A stretch of DNA of 64,000 bases from Atractiella rhizophila (Eukaryota): NCBI GenBank assembly GCA_021432655.1, contig MU271246.1, forward strand, positions 1-64,000. The letters run 5' to 3'. This document shows, one piece after another, positions 27,527 through 40,750 of the stretch. A program made the position numbers and the translations under genes. The number at the start of each line of letters is the position of its first letter. Position 1 is the first letter of the stretch. The notes under the pieces were generated by a model. The model did no database searches and was not told the DNA's origin. It saw nothing but the letters and a program-made list of their open reading frames with translations.

Positions 27527-28543
27527 ATGCCCACAACGCGCTCATCCTCCACTTCTCTCCCCGCCAAAACCAGCACAACTGGCGCCACCAAGAAGCGCAA
27601 AGCCCCTGGTCCCATCTCCGAAAGTCCCAAGGCTTCAAAACGCCAAAAGCTGTCCAAGGTCACCGAATCCAAAGCTTCCTCCCATTCATCGTTCCCGACA
27701 GCATCTCAACTGTCCGAAGCTGTTTCTAAATACGGGGAAGCCGTAGCGCTAAAGTCGCAATTGAAGGAGAAAGGTGGATCGAAGGGCAAAAGAAAGGGAG
27801 GGACTAACGCGGAAGTGACTACGCTGATTGAGCTGGAAGCGGCTATGGAGGAGTTGTATTCCGTGCTTAATGATTCGGATGAAGGTAAGAGAAAGGATTA
27901 TTTAGCGAAAGAAGATCTGGAAAGAATCCTTACGTGGAAATTGACTGTACGTCGCTCCGTTCCATATCCATTGAAATAGCTGTGGGTCCAAGTGTGGATT
28001 GAGGATTGTGCTAATGTCGATGATTGGGACAGAGAGAGAAATCTCGCCCTTTCCTTCCCAAGCTCGTCAAGTCTAACTCCCCGAAAGAGGTAGAAGAGAT
28101 CACTAAATCTGCTATCACCATCCTGCGCGCGTCGAAGACCCTAACGGAAGCGTACAAAGCGCTTGACGAAGTGTGTAAGCTCAAAGGTGTTGGTCCAGCA
28201 ACAGGAAGCGGTACGTCTCAACCCAGTCCTCCTCTCGTTCTCCCTTCTTTTCTTCTCATTGTGGAGTGAATCAAGGGAGATGTCTAACACTTCGTTTGGT
28301 GGTGGAACAGCCGTCCTCTCCCTCATCGCTCCGCACCGTCTCCCTTTCTATTCTGACGAAGCAGCCTCCTTTTTTGGAGATGTGAAGTACACTGTGGCGG
28401 CATATAAGAGGTATGCAGAAGGAATGGCGGAGAAGGTGGAAGGATTGGGAGAGCAATGGGATGGGAGGAAATTGGAGAAAGCCCTGTGGAGTGTGAAGAC
28501 ACTAGACATCAATACTCAGGAAGAAGCGGAGCAGGATGCCTGA
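27527..28543 (+). CDS. Conserved hypothetical protein with helix-hairpin-helix motif (putative DNA-glycosylase-like family)
   Basis: Basic NLS-like N-terminus; ILTWKL..R.K.RPFLPKLVKSN; LKGVGPATGS; LPFYSDEA; VKYT; LEKALW. Confidence 0.75.
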
Positions 28544-29232
28544 TATTGTTCCTGCTGCATGTGTGAGTTTGTTTAACCCTGTTGTGTCTCCCTTTGTATC
28601 ATCAGGAAAGAAGTGTCTGGATTGCTGAAACTCCATCACATAAAAGATAGATGGAGTTCCATCTCATCCTACGACAGTTCTCAAGCTAGCCTGGCATGAC
28701 CAGGATGAGCATGCGATCGATGTAGAACAGCGCCGCCGCAAGTTAGTCTCGTCAGGACAGTTAACTATTGTATTGTATTTCCAAACGACCAAGCCTCTTG
28801 TTACTGGATATGTTTTCGGCCGCTGCACCAGGAGCGCTTTGTTCAGCAGCATTTTGCAGTTCCCCTTTCGTTGGATGTGTCGGTCCAACCTTATTGTAAT
28901 GTCGGAGTTGGAGCACGGTTCGCGCACCAAGGCGAAGACATCTCCTCCCCAGACTGAACAGTCAATAACGAGAAGACAGTTGAAGCCCAGTTTTATGTGC
29001 ATGGTTTGTTTCACATTCAAGATGCGAGAGTCTTGAGCTTGAGCCAGCATTCGCGAAATAATTCTTCCCCAGACTCAAGATGTTTCTTCCCGTGTTCTCC
29101 CGTCCTACTTCGGACTCCAGAGCCTCACTCTGGATTCAATTGATCGATCAATCAACAATCCGCCATCATCGACCGGATACTGCTCATCGCGGTGGATCGC
29201 GTAGCGCTAAGCACCTTCCCCCACACGCCCAC

Positions 29233-31656
29233 ATGAGTGCTTATATTGCAACCCCAGTCTTGGCAAAGGTCGTGACGAATGCTTTACAGTTTCGTTTTCA
29301 TCATGCCTTACCCCATAAGAAGCGTATCCTCCTCTTGGTGCGATCGCAGGCTCCCCTGTTCAAGACTCTCAACAGTCTGTCCCGCAACATCCCCTTACGG
29401 TTCCGTTGCTTTTACTACAGGAGTAAAGTCGAGCGAGCAGGCAAAGAATGGTAGACCGCCAAGATTCTGTGTAAATTCTTAGCTTCTGACATTATGTCAC
29501 ATTCAAGTTGCTAGTTGCTGATGTGCTCGCTCGCAGGTTGTCCGATAAAGGGTCTGAAGTCCCCATCGTTGGCGCACGTCGTCGCACTTCAACATGGAAG
29601 TCATCAGTGTCCACCGTCCACGCGAAAGCTACAGCGGAATATAGGGCGGAAGCCGTTCCCGAGCCTCAAGCGATTCACAATGTCTACGTTTACGCTGTCG
29701 CTTTCATCGTCTCGATGGGTTCAGCGGCATATGGTTATGACACCGGGGTAGGTGGCTCATATACCTCCTGAGCATCTATTGATCAGTCGACGGTTTGACT
29801 TGATAGTTCTTCGGAGGAACGCTTGCCCTGCCTTCATTCATCTCTGAATTCGGATTCGACAAGATGTCAAAGGGCGAAGTGACGAACGAGAAAGCGAACC
29901 TGGTCTCTCTCTTCCAAGCCGGTTCTTTCTTCGGGACCATTATGCAACTCCCTTTCACCGAAAGGTACGGTCGATGGCCCGCCATCCAATTTGCCAATAT
30001 CATCTTCATTGCTTCAGCCTTCGCCCAAACTTTCGCGCATGGATCTATTCCCATATTCATGTTCGGAAGGTTCCTTGGTGGATATGCAGTCGGATTTTGG
30101 TCACTCGTCATTCCGGTCTATTTGGCGGAATTCGCTCCTGCCTCAATTAGGGGACGGATGGTCGGCTTCTTCGACATCTTTTTGCAGATTGGAACTTTGG
30201 GTGGCGTGCGTTTCCCTCAGACTTACGTCGACAAACGACTGATGAGCCTGTGAACACAGTTCTGGATCAATTACGGGATCGAGAGCTCGCTTAAAAGCAA
30301 CAGATTCCAATGGCAATTTCCCGTCTTTGTCCAATTCTTTCCAGCCGTCATCTTAGGAATTGGACTCTTCCTCTGTCCTGAAACACCTCGTTGGTTGATC
30401 ACGAAAGGGCGAGATGAAAAGGCTCTCAAGAACCTATGTAGGCTTCGAAGATGTACGTCGCATCCTTCTCTCAAGTTTATGCGCTCGCGCTGAATCAGCT
30501 CCAACTAGTGCCGCCCAGCGACCGATACATAGAGTACGAATTCTCGCAGACCAAGCTAGAAGTGGAGGCGGAGAAGCGACTGAGGGGAGAAACTACGTTG
30601 CTCAAGATGTTGAAAGAACTCTTCAGGACGAAGGGATTGAGGAACCGCGTCTTTCTAGGAATGACGCTGATCGGTATCAAAACATTCAGTGGGGTACAAG
30701 CTGTGAATTACTACTCTCCTAGTAAGTCTCCCTTACTTTCGACCGCACTCGAGTTGACCTTGTGGCTCTTAGTCATTTTTGAGCAGCTAGGATTTCAAGG
30801 CTCTAAGAACTCACTCTTTGCCACTGGTAGAATCTTGTCTCCATCGTCGCAATCTAAACTGAGCATAGTTTAGGTATCTATGGGACATGTAAATTTGTTG
30901 GAACCCTCATATTTGGTCTCTTTATCGTCGATCGCGTAGGACGACGTAAACCCCTCATGATCGGAGCGGTAGTGCTATCTCTGTGCCTGTTCTACATTGG
31001 CGGATACGTGCGTCACTTTAACTCCCCCACTTTACTCTAAGCTGAAATATACACGTGCAGCTCACAGCAGTCGGACCACGGGAGGAAGGTGCACCTCGAA
31101 AAGCAGGAGACTACACGGCAATCACAGCTATCTTCCTTTACGCTACCGCATATTGCTTCGGATGGAATTCAGTGCCTCTCACGATTGTCTCTGAAATATT
31201 TACGACGAGGGTGAGGACACTGAGTATGACCTTCTGTATCGCTTTCCAGGTATGTCCGCACCCCCTGATTTGTGGCAGATCACATTCCTGACTGCATCTA
31301 TAGTGGCTTTGCACCTTTGCGATAGTAAGAATCATGCCAGAGGCGTTGAGCCATATCAGTACGTCTCAACTTTTCATGTGCAAATGGAGAATTTGTTAAC
31401 GTCTCCACACTGGATAGCGACTCGAACCTATTTCGTCTTCGCCTCCATCTTTATCTGGGGTCTCCCATTCGTATATTTCTTTGTCCCCGAAACGAAAGGA
31501 CTACCTCTCGAATACATGGACAAGCTTTTTGGCGATGGAAGAACGGCTAGAGAGCGAGAATTGGTCACAGAAGAGGGAAGGATTGGGTCGATGGAAGAAA
31601 AGAGAGATTTGGAACAAATCGAGGACAACAAATCGTTGCCCACTATTCAGGAATAA
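29233..31656 (+). CDS. MFS sugar-porter family transporter (quinate/hexose permease-like); start uncertain
   Basis: YGYDTG, ERYGR, PVYLAEFAPASIRGR, PETPRWL, VDRVGRR, SEIF, PETKG. Confidence 0.92.
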
Positions 31657-34297
31657 CAGGAATGAGTGGTCGATGAGCGCTGTGTTGGGATTATGGAAGA
31701 CATGGAAGACTGTATAAATCTGTGCGGAACGAGTTTAGTACGGAATGATCATGATCATCAGTGTCGTTGGAAGTTGTTGAGCTCAAGCTTTACTCAATGA
31801 TCTTTCCACACAAAGTCCAAACACTGACAAATACAAACATCCAAAGGCGTGTGCTGAAAGACGCCAGTTGAAACAATTGTGATTTGCCCCTTCAGAACTT
31901 GGAATATCCACCGCCCTCCCGAAACACGCGGCTTGAAATGGCCAAATCCCCCACACCACCAGAACTCTCCCCATCTCCACCTCCAGTTCCAACCTCCACG
32001 ACTGCCGCCGCGCATAAAGACCTCGAGCGGAACACTGAAATATTGCTTCATCTTGCATTAGAGCTAGGTATAGCTGTTACGGATGCACAGAGCGTAGGGG
32101 GCACGGGAAAAGAAGTGGGAGTGCGAATGTATGTTCTCCGTTTCGCAGTGATGGGGATTGGATGATCAATCTTTCGTCCAATGCAAGAGCGACAGGTTAT
32201 GCTTCCCCAGCGTTGAGATTTGACATTTTCTTTCCAAAAGTCTTGCAATGTAGAGTTTCAACAATCAAAGTCTCCCTCAGCGCAATTTGTAGCCATCCAG
32301 TTTCGATTTGGGTAGAAAGACCCCCGTCGACAGATATCGATGAAGTAGAATTGCCTGCCTGCCGAGCTATCTGAGCTTTCCATTGCAAATTACAAGCACT
32401 CTTGGCCTTCTCGCAAGGAAAAGTCTATATGTTTAGGCTTCACACAGTACAACATTGTTTCTATTCAACACCACTTTATTCTCAAGCTTGAGTAGCTATG
32501 AGATATTGTTTCCGCATGATTGAGAAAGTGCGCACCCTCCTCATCAAGTCATGCAACTAGGTTATTTCATATTGACGCACTGTTCATTGGCATTGTTGTG
32601 CACATATAATTTCCTATTTCGATCGCTTTCTCCAAAATGTAGCCATGCCTTAACTTGTCCTTCGCGCGCAGAAACTCCATGATGTCCCAAATGCGAAAAA
32701 TTCGCGACATCTCCCTTCATCCAGGACTACGAGAGGTTCGCGTGCCAAGAGAAGTATTGGGGTAGGTCCTCTCTCATGTTGTGGATGAGGTTTGTAAATC
32801 GTGCTTCAAGGCATGTGGATGCGGTCAAGAACCCTCACATATTCACTAAGGAGATCATCGAAAGAGCGGTGAACGAAAACCAATATGCGAATGCCATGAT
32901 GAAGAGTGTCGCTGTATGTCGTTCCTTCTATCTATGTCTGTAAACATCAGTCATACTCAGTGATCATTATTCAGGACTATCAAAATATCCTCGTATCGCT
33001 CATGGAAAAGAACTTCCCTGATGCGCTCAGACCTCTTCCGAACATGGAAAATGGGCTCAATCCCTCCATCCATAAGGAAGAAAAGGATGTACAGATGAAG
33101 ATAGAAGGTTGAAGCGTTGAAGCGGAAAAGACACTAGTGCCTGTTTGACAGCCACACCCATTATGTACTTTGAACAACAATAATTCAAGACCGAGCAATC
33201 TACGCCTTTATCCATCGAACCTCCGACGTGGACTGATTTGTGTTGTATACGACGCTTTTGATCCACGACACACCTTTCGCGTTTTCATTGCTTCAGATGT
33301 GTCCTCATAGTGCCGCCCAAGAGGAGCACTCTGGAGCATTGTGGTTTGGCAAGGAGAATGTCATCCAGGCTTGTGGTTGCTGTTTAAAGCGCCTCCTGAG
33401 TGTATATTATTGGAGGTGCAATTAGGAGAACCATGTTTCCTGTCCTGACGTGAAATCAAAGAGTATGCATCAGTATACCTGCAGGGGATGTCCAAGCTCA
33501 ACTTTCTCGCATCCGCGATGCCCGTCGATGACAAAGCTGAGGTAAACCTTTATTAGCGACAACTAAAATCCTCAAGGATGTTACACTCTAGCTCCGTCAA
33601 GCTGACGAAGCCACTATCGAATGATTCGGAAAAAAAGGGATTACTGTTCTTGACAAGGATGTACGCACGAGGTAGACATCACTGTCCTGAACCTTGTTTT
33701 CGTATCCATAACAAATCTTCCTAACATCTCAAGCTTCAGCCTGCAAACACACACTGTACCTCCTGGGGTTGAAGTGCATGAAGTCCTGACCAACAGTCTC
33801 CCACTGTTAACTCACCTCAATGCTCCATGTGGCTAGCTGGCGAGCCCGTTACAGCTGCAAAATCACGGTAGAATCCTTCTCAGAGCCATGCTCGCATTCT
33901 CAAGGTAACGCTCCACATGCTTATTGTCTCCCTCGTCATCGCGGCGTTAATCATTTCGATTCGTTCTTTCTCTCAATTGAATCTTGAAGGAAGAGGCGGG
34001 AAGAATCCCTGAAGCATAAGCTGCCCAATAAGCACTAGATAAACATTGTTTCATGATTCTTTCTCCTTCTGCTCCTTCAATCAACATCTTACCCCGATCG
34101 GAACAAGCAGGAAGAATGTAAAGGAGGATCTTTCGGTAAGCATTGTCGGACATGGAAGCAGGCTGAGTGGAGCACACATTCTGCTCAATGCTCGATAGAA
34201 GAGGACCAAGTGACGCCAGATATATAAAAACCAAGTGATATAAATCCTCTTTTCAGTAGTTTTGAAATTTACATCACAGTCACCTGCAAACCCAAAC

Positions 34298-35300
34298 ATG
34301 TCTACTTACGTGGTCACAGGAGCGTCTCGAGGAATCGTAACTGCCTTTGTTACCTCCTAGATACAATTGTTGACGCGCGGTGGGAAAAGGGTTCAGCTTT
34401 GGTGCAGCAGCTTTCTACGAATCCATCGAACACTATATTCGCGTTGGTGCGCACGAAAACCAATTTCATTTACACTCCTGCCTCGAATGTGCATGTCTTC
34501 GAAATTGGTGAGATAGGCGGTACCGAGGCATACACTTCAAAGCTAGAGCAAGTGGTTAAAGACGTTGAAAGGATATCAGGCAAAGTTGATGTCCTGATAA
34601 ATAATGCTGCGGTGCTGCATGGACAATCTCCAAAAAGTTACGCAGAAGGAGAAGGTCTGAAAAAGTTCTTGCAGGAGATGAATGAGAACTGGGAGGTTAA
34701 CGTCGTTGGGGTGCGTAGACTCTATTTAGCCAGTGGAGATTCTGATAATTGTCAGGTCAACGTCACAATTTATGCGTTCATCCCATTGCTCAAGAAGTCT
34801 CCTGATCCGAAAGCTGTTACTGTAGTATGTTGTCCATCAATCGGTAGTTGTGTCCCACCTCGCTGATCCATCTGACAACTCGATAGTCTTCTGCTTTAGG
34901 TGACATGGAGTTCACTCGCATCCCGCGCTTCGCGGGCACCGCTCCTTATTCGATCTCCAAGGCAGCAGTCACCATGTTGACAGCCAAATGGGCATTCGAT
35001 TATCCAGAGATCAAGTTTCTGTCTCTCTGTCCGGGATATGTTGATACGTTGACCAGAGAGCGTAAGATTTCGCCCGGAATGCCGAAATGGCGGCTAACGT
35101 TGGCCATTGGGTTAGGCACTGCTGAAGAAGAACAGCGTGTCCAGTACTTGACGGCACAGTTCCAGAAAATCAAACCAATTTTCCAAGGGCCGATCACAAT
35201 GAAGGAAAGCGCCAGAGCCTGTCTTCACGTTATTGATCATTTGACTGAAGGACAGAGTGGAGAGTTGCTGTCCCATAACGGCTCAAAAGATTTTCTGTAA
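34298..35300 (+). CDS. Short-chain dehydrogenase/reductase, paralogue C
   Basis: MSTYVVTGASRGIG, DVLINNAA, PYSISKAA, LSHNGSKDFL*; TATA-like tatataaaaa at ~34221. Confidence 0.93.
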
Positions 35301-35604
35301 AGTTTTTTGAAACTGATCCAAATTGATTGACATTGAATGAACGTCTCGCATTGCACTGATAACGGACCGGAGGTAGACCTGAACGAGCTACCAAAGCTCA
35401 GGGCACTCCTGTCGAAGGAGAATAGGCAGTAGCCGTGAGCATGATAGTCAAGAATTGCAGCATCTGGGCCGCTTTCAAGTTGACAGATTCCCCATTCACC
35501 TCTCAGCAAAGCAAAGTCCTTTCTTTTGCACTGGAATACATTCAAGAAAATTTCCATACGAGGAGATCCGAACTGAATAAAGCGAGTATTACTGATGACA
35601 CTCC

Positions 35605-38404
35605 TCATATTTCCCTGCATTCTCTCTTAAGCCAATTCAGAGCTCTCTCGTCTTTCATATCTTCCAACAGAGGAGAAACCTTTTCGAAAACTTCCTTGTG
35701 ATAATTGTTAACCCATTCCTTTTCAGAAAGGGTCAAGATGGAAGTATCGATGAGCTTTGTCTGGATCGGTGCCTAAGAACGCACTCAGACTTGTTGACGC
35801 ATCTGTAGGGGGATGACACACCATGGTGAGGCGCTCGAATCTGAACCATTTCTGGTTACCAAAGTTATTTGGCGGAGTCGTCTGCTTGTAATTCATTAGT
35901 ATTTAGCTGGGCAATTCTAGACTAAGACGCACAGGTTGCACAACGACGAGATTCTCAATCCTAGAGTGACATCAATCTCTGAATTCTCTGTTTAACGCGA
36001 ACATGCCTTATACCAAAAGCGCCATCTTCATAGTATCCTGGTTCTATGGACGTAGGTTCAGTGCGAGTTGGTATGCGAATAAGTAGCTTGCCATTAGATA
36101 GCACCATGCCCTCAACGAGGTGAGCGTTGTTAAATGCTATTCTCATTCCGATTCCTTGAGGACCCTCGTGAACATTCAAGAAATGGCCGACGCCGTGACC
36201 AGTGCTACCAATTGTGAGTTTCATATCGCAAGATGAACAACTGGGGAAGCGCACCCATGGCGGTAATCCAATCCGTCGCTCCAAAGCGCTCTCCTCGCCA
36301 AAGGATCAAGTCGATATCCAGTTGTCCCAGTAGGGAAGACCACCTGATCAATTGCAATGTGCCCTTGCAAAACTCGGGTGAACGCTCGTTTCTCAAATGG
36401 TTTCGGGGTTGTGAAGTGCTACAGGAAAGTTAAGACGTGGGGAAAAGAAAATGGAAATTTACCAGAGTGCGAGTGACATCCGTAGTACCATCCGTAAATT
36501 GAGCCCCAGAATCGCACAGGTAAATCTGGGCAGGTGAATAAATCAAGTTCTGCAGGACAAAAAAAAACAAACTTCGTCTTTGTTAATCAATGGGCATGTC
36601 TCTCTGTCTGGTGAGTAATGGATGATGGCTGCGTTAGAGCCAGTTGAGGAGATTGTGTTGAACGAGAGCCCTCTGTAATGTTTCAACTGCCTGTTTGCTG
36701 TCGTTGAGCAGAGTTAGTCGAACACAGTGAGATACAACTTACGAGCGCCTCCGCTCAAGCTCGTCGGCTCCTTCCACCTCTGAAATCTCCTTGCCATTGA
36801 GTAACTCTTCCTCCAACCAAGCGAAATATGATACCTGTTCTTCATTTCAGTCGACAACTAGTGGATAACGGAGACTTACCAGAGCTGCACCATCGCGGAT
36901 GTGTGATTGGCGAAAGCCCTCGATCTCTTTGGAATTTTTTACCGCTTTAGCGAGAGCGATGGGAGAGGCGATGAGTTTGACCTGATCTGACGCGAAGAGG
37001 TCGACTAGAGCCACGGATGTCTCGACTCCGAGGAGTACCTCAAATCAGGTCCCATGTTAGTGGTATTCCATACTAGGCAGGATCAACCAACCTTCTCGTC
37101 CTTTTTGACAGACTTAGTATAGGTTTCCATCCATTCCCTGACCTTCTGGTACTCTTCAATTTTCACCTTCCCGCTCAGATGCTTCTTTAGGTCCTCTGAT
37201 ACCTGTTCCGCGTGGATGAACAGGACAGGGTCACCCTCAACCGGTATCCAGGCGTAAGAAAAGAAGACTGGGTTATATTCGACGTCGGTTCCTCTGAGGT
37301 TGAACAACCAGGCAATATCGTCCAATTTGGCTTTGACAACCATAAGCTGGCGCCAGGCGATAGATTCGGAAGGGAAACAAACCAGAGAAATACCCTACTC
37401 CGCCCTCTTCCTTTATAGTCTTGACCAAATCCTCGACCTTGCTCTCGAAGCTCTTGCCACAGAAATCCTCGCTCAAAACGGTAACTGCATTCAGGTCTCG
37501 CTTAGGTCGCGTAGACGACTCTTCCCACACTTTCTCTCCAATATTCACCGATAAAGAAACTACGGCTCCTCCCGTAGCGGAAAGGAGGTCACGAAACTCT
37601 TTCGCGTCCGCTACGAATCACACAGTCGGAAAGATGAAAGGGACAGGAAGTGTAACGGACGGTAAGGATAAGACATAGGATCCACACCGATCCGAGTCGT
37701 TGCTGGAAGTTTGGTCTTGATGAACTTGTACGGCGTCATATCGTCTATGAGCGATAATCAGTCTTACGTGAATGGCAAAAGGGAAACGAACCCGTCAACC
37801 CCGTTTTCACCAACTCCCAGTTACTGTCCAACTGTTGAGATGCCTGCAGGAAGTACCGGCCATCCGTGAAGAGGTAGGCTTTGTCCAATGTAATGAGGGC
37901 CACTGTCAGTCAGTAAGCGCTGTACTTCGTGAATGAATCAAGAAATATTCTCACGTCCTGCTGATCCAGTAAAACCGGTGAGAAAGTCCCTCCTTTTGTC
38001 GCATTCGGCAACATATCTGCATGCATATAAATGTCGCTTACTTTTCTGAATCAAAAAGGAGCATACTCGGACGAATGTGCATCTTCACTTCTCACGATAC
38101 TAGCAACACCGGTTAGCTTGCTCAAAGCTTTCTTGGGTACATACTAAACATCGACACCTTCCTGCTTCATGAGCTCCCGTACGCGTCTAACTCTCTCAGT
38201 TGTGTCCACAGGAGGAGCATTGGCTTTGACTGGGGCACCCATTCTGTAAGTCAAACTACGCCGGAAATATTGTACGGGATGCGTTGAGGTTGTTGGGACG
38301 GTTCGATTTGTTCGCACGAAATGGATGGCAGGGAACGCTACAACTGGTGTAGAGATCCGTGATGGTCGATTCAAGCGAGCTACTCGGCAGAGAGATCGCT
38401 TCAT
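35605..38404 (-). CDS. Xaa-Pro aminopeptidase (aminopeptidase P, M24B); second in-frame ATG at 38242
   Basis: [87 protein letters not shown]. Confidence 0.95.
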
Positions 38405-38661
38405 CGATGGGGTGCAAGGAGATGCGGGGGCGGGAAGCCATATGACACGTGACAATGAATATTATTGCCTTTCGCCTCCTATCCCGCTGCAACTCGTCTC
38501 TAGTTCGCACATAACTGTTCCGTAGGTTCAGCAAGTACCATGCACAAATGTAGGCTGGACAACGGGTTATTGAAACACAACTTGTATGCAATATATGAAA
38601 ACGACACGTCTTACGTGGACAGGTCAACTCTTACTTTTCATTCAAGTGTCCATTAACAATT

Positions 38662-40028
38662 CTACTCCCTTTCCTTCCATGCCTTCTGATCCCCCCTCTC
38701 GACACCAACCCTTGTCTCATCATCACTTGAAGTAGTCTTCTCACCATCAGGGACATGGCTGACATCAGACCTCCTCGCCAAATCTTCTGCGGTTTGATAT
38801 CCACGAGGAAGGGCAAAAAGTGGACTGGCGGGGATGAAAATCAGGAGACAGATCAAGCAGGGTAGCATGTCGAAAAGGAACCAGAATTCGTGCAACACTT
38901 GGTGGTAAAACCAACGTCAGCCGTTCCCAGTTGATTGTGAATGAAAAACGGGACAAGTGAAACCTACTGAGATAACCACGCCAGCCTTCCGCAAGTTCTA
39001 TGACTCGGTAAATGCCTCGAAGGATGATCATAGTGCTACCGAAAACTAGTCCCCAGCCGAGCCAGTGCAGACGCTCCAAGCCAGGCGTTGCGCGGATATG
39101 GGGAGCGAGAGGCGATTTCCTCAGCCCGTTCCAAAAGTGAAGCGCGAATACGGAGAAGATAATCATTACGGCCAATTGGACAATAATCCCGCCGAGCTAA
39201 GTCCAGAGCATTGTATGAGTAAATATGCGGGTGAAGGTGAAGGTGACGATGTAGGAGGACGAACCATGATGTCACTGCCTCGATGGAGCTTCTTCACATC
39301 ATTGCTGTTTGATCCAGCTGATGCAACGCCGCCGCCAATCGCTTGTACGACTAGCGATACAATATCTCCAGTAATCTGTGTTGCATGAATCAACGTTGAC
39401 CGGGCGAAGGGGGAGAAGACAGACAAATATAATCCAATATCGGTTTGGTCTGATAATGGAGTATTTCGGGCTCGTTGCCGAGATGACCCAGCCAAGAATG
39501 CCATAGATCGCAGCCCTGAGACAGATGTGTTCAGGAACGCAATAGATAGGTGAGGGAATATACTAACGAAAAGAAAGCGGGAGCAATGATGAGGCAAACG
39601 ACTTGGATTATGAAGGCAGTTTGCGAGTAGGGATCATAGCCACCGATCAACCTGCCCACCCATCCCAAGGTTTCGAGAGCGCCTCCGACGACCCAATTGA
39701 GGAGCCACCACCTCCTCGTTCTGATGGTGAGAAAGAGGTGAGCGAGTGTTGCTATACCGCTATCGATAAATACAGTGAATTTCCTTTCTAGCCTGAAAGA
39801 AAGCGATGAGACCCACAAGAGAATGACACTAGCAAAACCCCATGCTTTTGAAGGCATGTAACGATAGGGATTGCAGAGATCATGCGTAGGATCATAACCT
39901 GGCAAATCGTAAAGCTTCGGCTCGCTGTCTCGTACTTGGTCGCAATATTGTTCGACCGTCAAATTTGTCCCAGGGACTAACGACCCTTGTGTGGTTTGAC
40001 GCGCAATGAAATGGCGCACTAAGTCCAT
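38662..40028 (-). CDS. RTA1-family membrane protein (paralogue 2)
   Basis: Strong similarity and same intron layout as 8629-10078 (VPGTNLTVEQYC, CNPYRYMPS, LETLGWVGR, RGIYRVIELAEGW). Confidence 0.92.
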
Positions 40029-40552
40029 CTACCAAGCAATCAAACAAGTGAGATGAGATAACCGTAAGTGGAGAGGAGAGGACAGAGCGGACCTTGAAAC
40101 TTGAAAGCAAAAATCGACGCAAATTCGTCGTTATATAGGATGATAGAGTCCAGAATTGAGTAAGAAGGATGAATGAAATCTTTTCTGGTGGACCTTCGAC
40201 ATTTTTATCCGGATTCTGCAGCAGAACCTGTACAAGCTGATTGCGATTGTTGGCTGTTTTCGGACACTGATTGTCGCGTCGACATGTGCCCAAAGCGGAC
40301 ACGAACTTTTGTCCTGGGTTCATGACGCTTTTGGACCTGAGAACACAGGTCGAATCCCCGGAAAAAACTCGGCCCCTTCTTTCCCTTCTTCTGCTCCTTC
40401 GCTTGGCAGGTGATGTGAGGACGTGATTTGTGGGGGTTCTTACGAGAAAGAGCTCGGACGGAGCGAAGTCAACCTGTCTTTCACGTCACAGTCGTGGATA
40501 TCGCGGCCGCAGATGCACTGGCGAAGGAAAGTGTCAGCTATCTTTGGTTCAT

Positions 40553-40750
40553 CACCGTAGAAAGCTTTTCGGAAGGTGGCCTGCTGCTAAAATCAGCAGG
40601 CGACCTTCCGGTTACGAGCATGTTACCTGCTGAAACTCCATCAGGCGACCTGATTGCGACGATTTGTCCAATCATCAGGTCGCCTGCTGCCAGCCATCAG
40701 CTATATTGCAAGAACCTGATGGCTGGTGGCAGGGGACCTGCGCGTACCTG
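40553..40750. repeat. Left TIR plus subterminal palindromic CAGG-N3-CCTG repeats and hairpins
   Basis: cggaaggtggcctgctg/cagcaggcgaccttccg; caggcgacctgat/atcaggtcgcctg; ccagccatcag/ctgatggctgg; caggggacctg. Confidence 0.85.

Noticed and set aside
40570..40750. CRISPR-like or terminator interpretation of the hairpin cluster
   Set aside because: Eukaryotic context, irregular spacing, and position at a TIR
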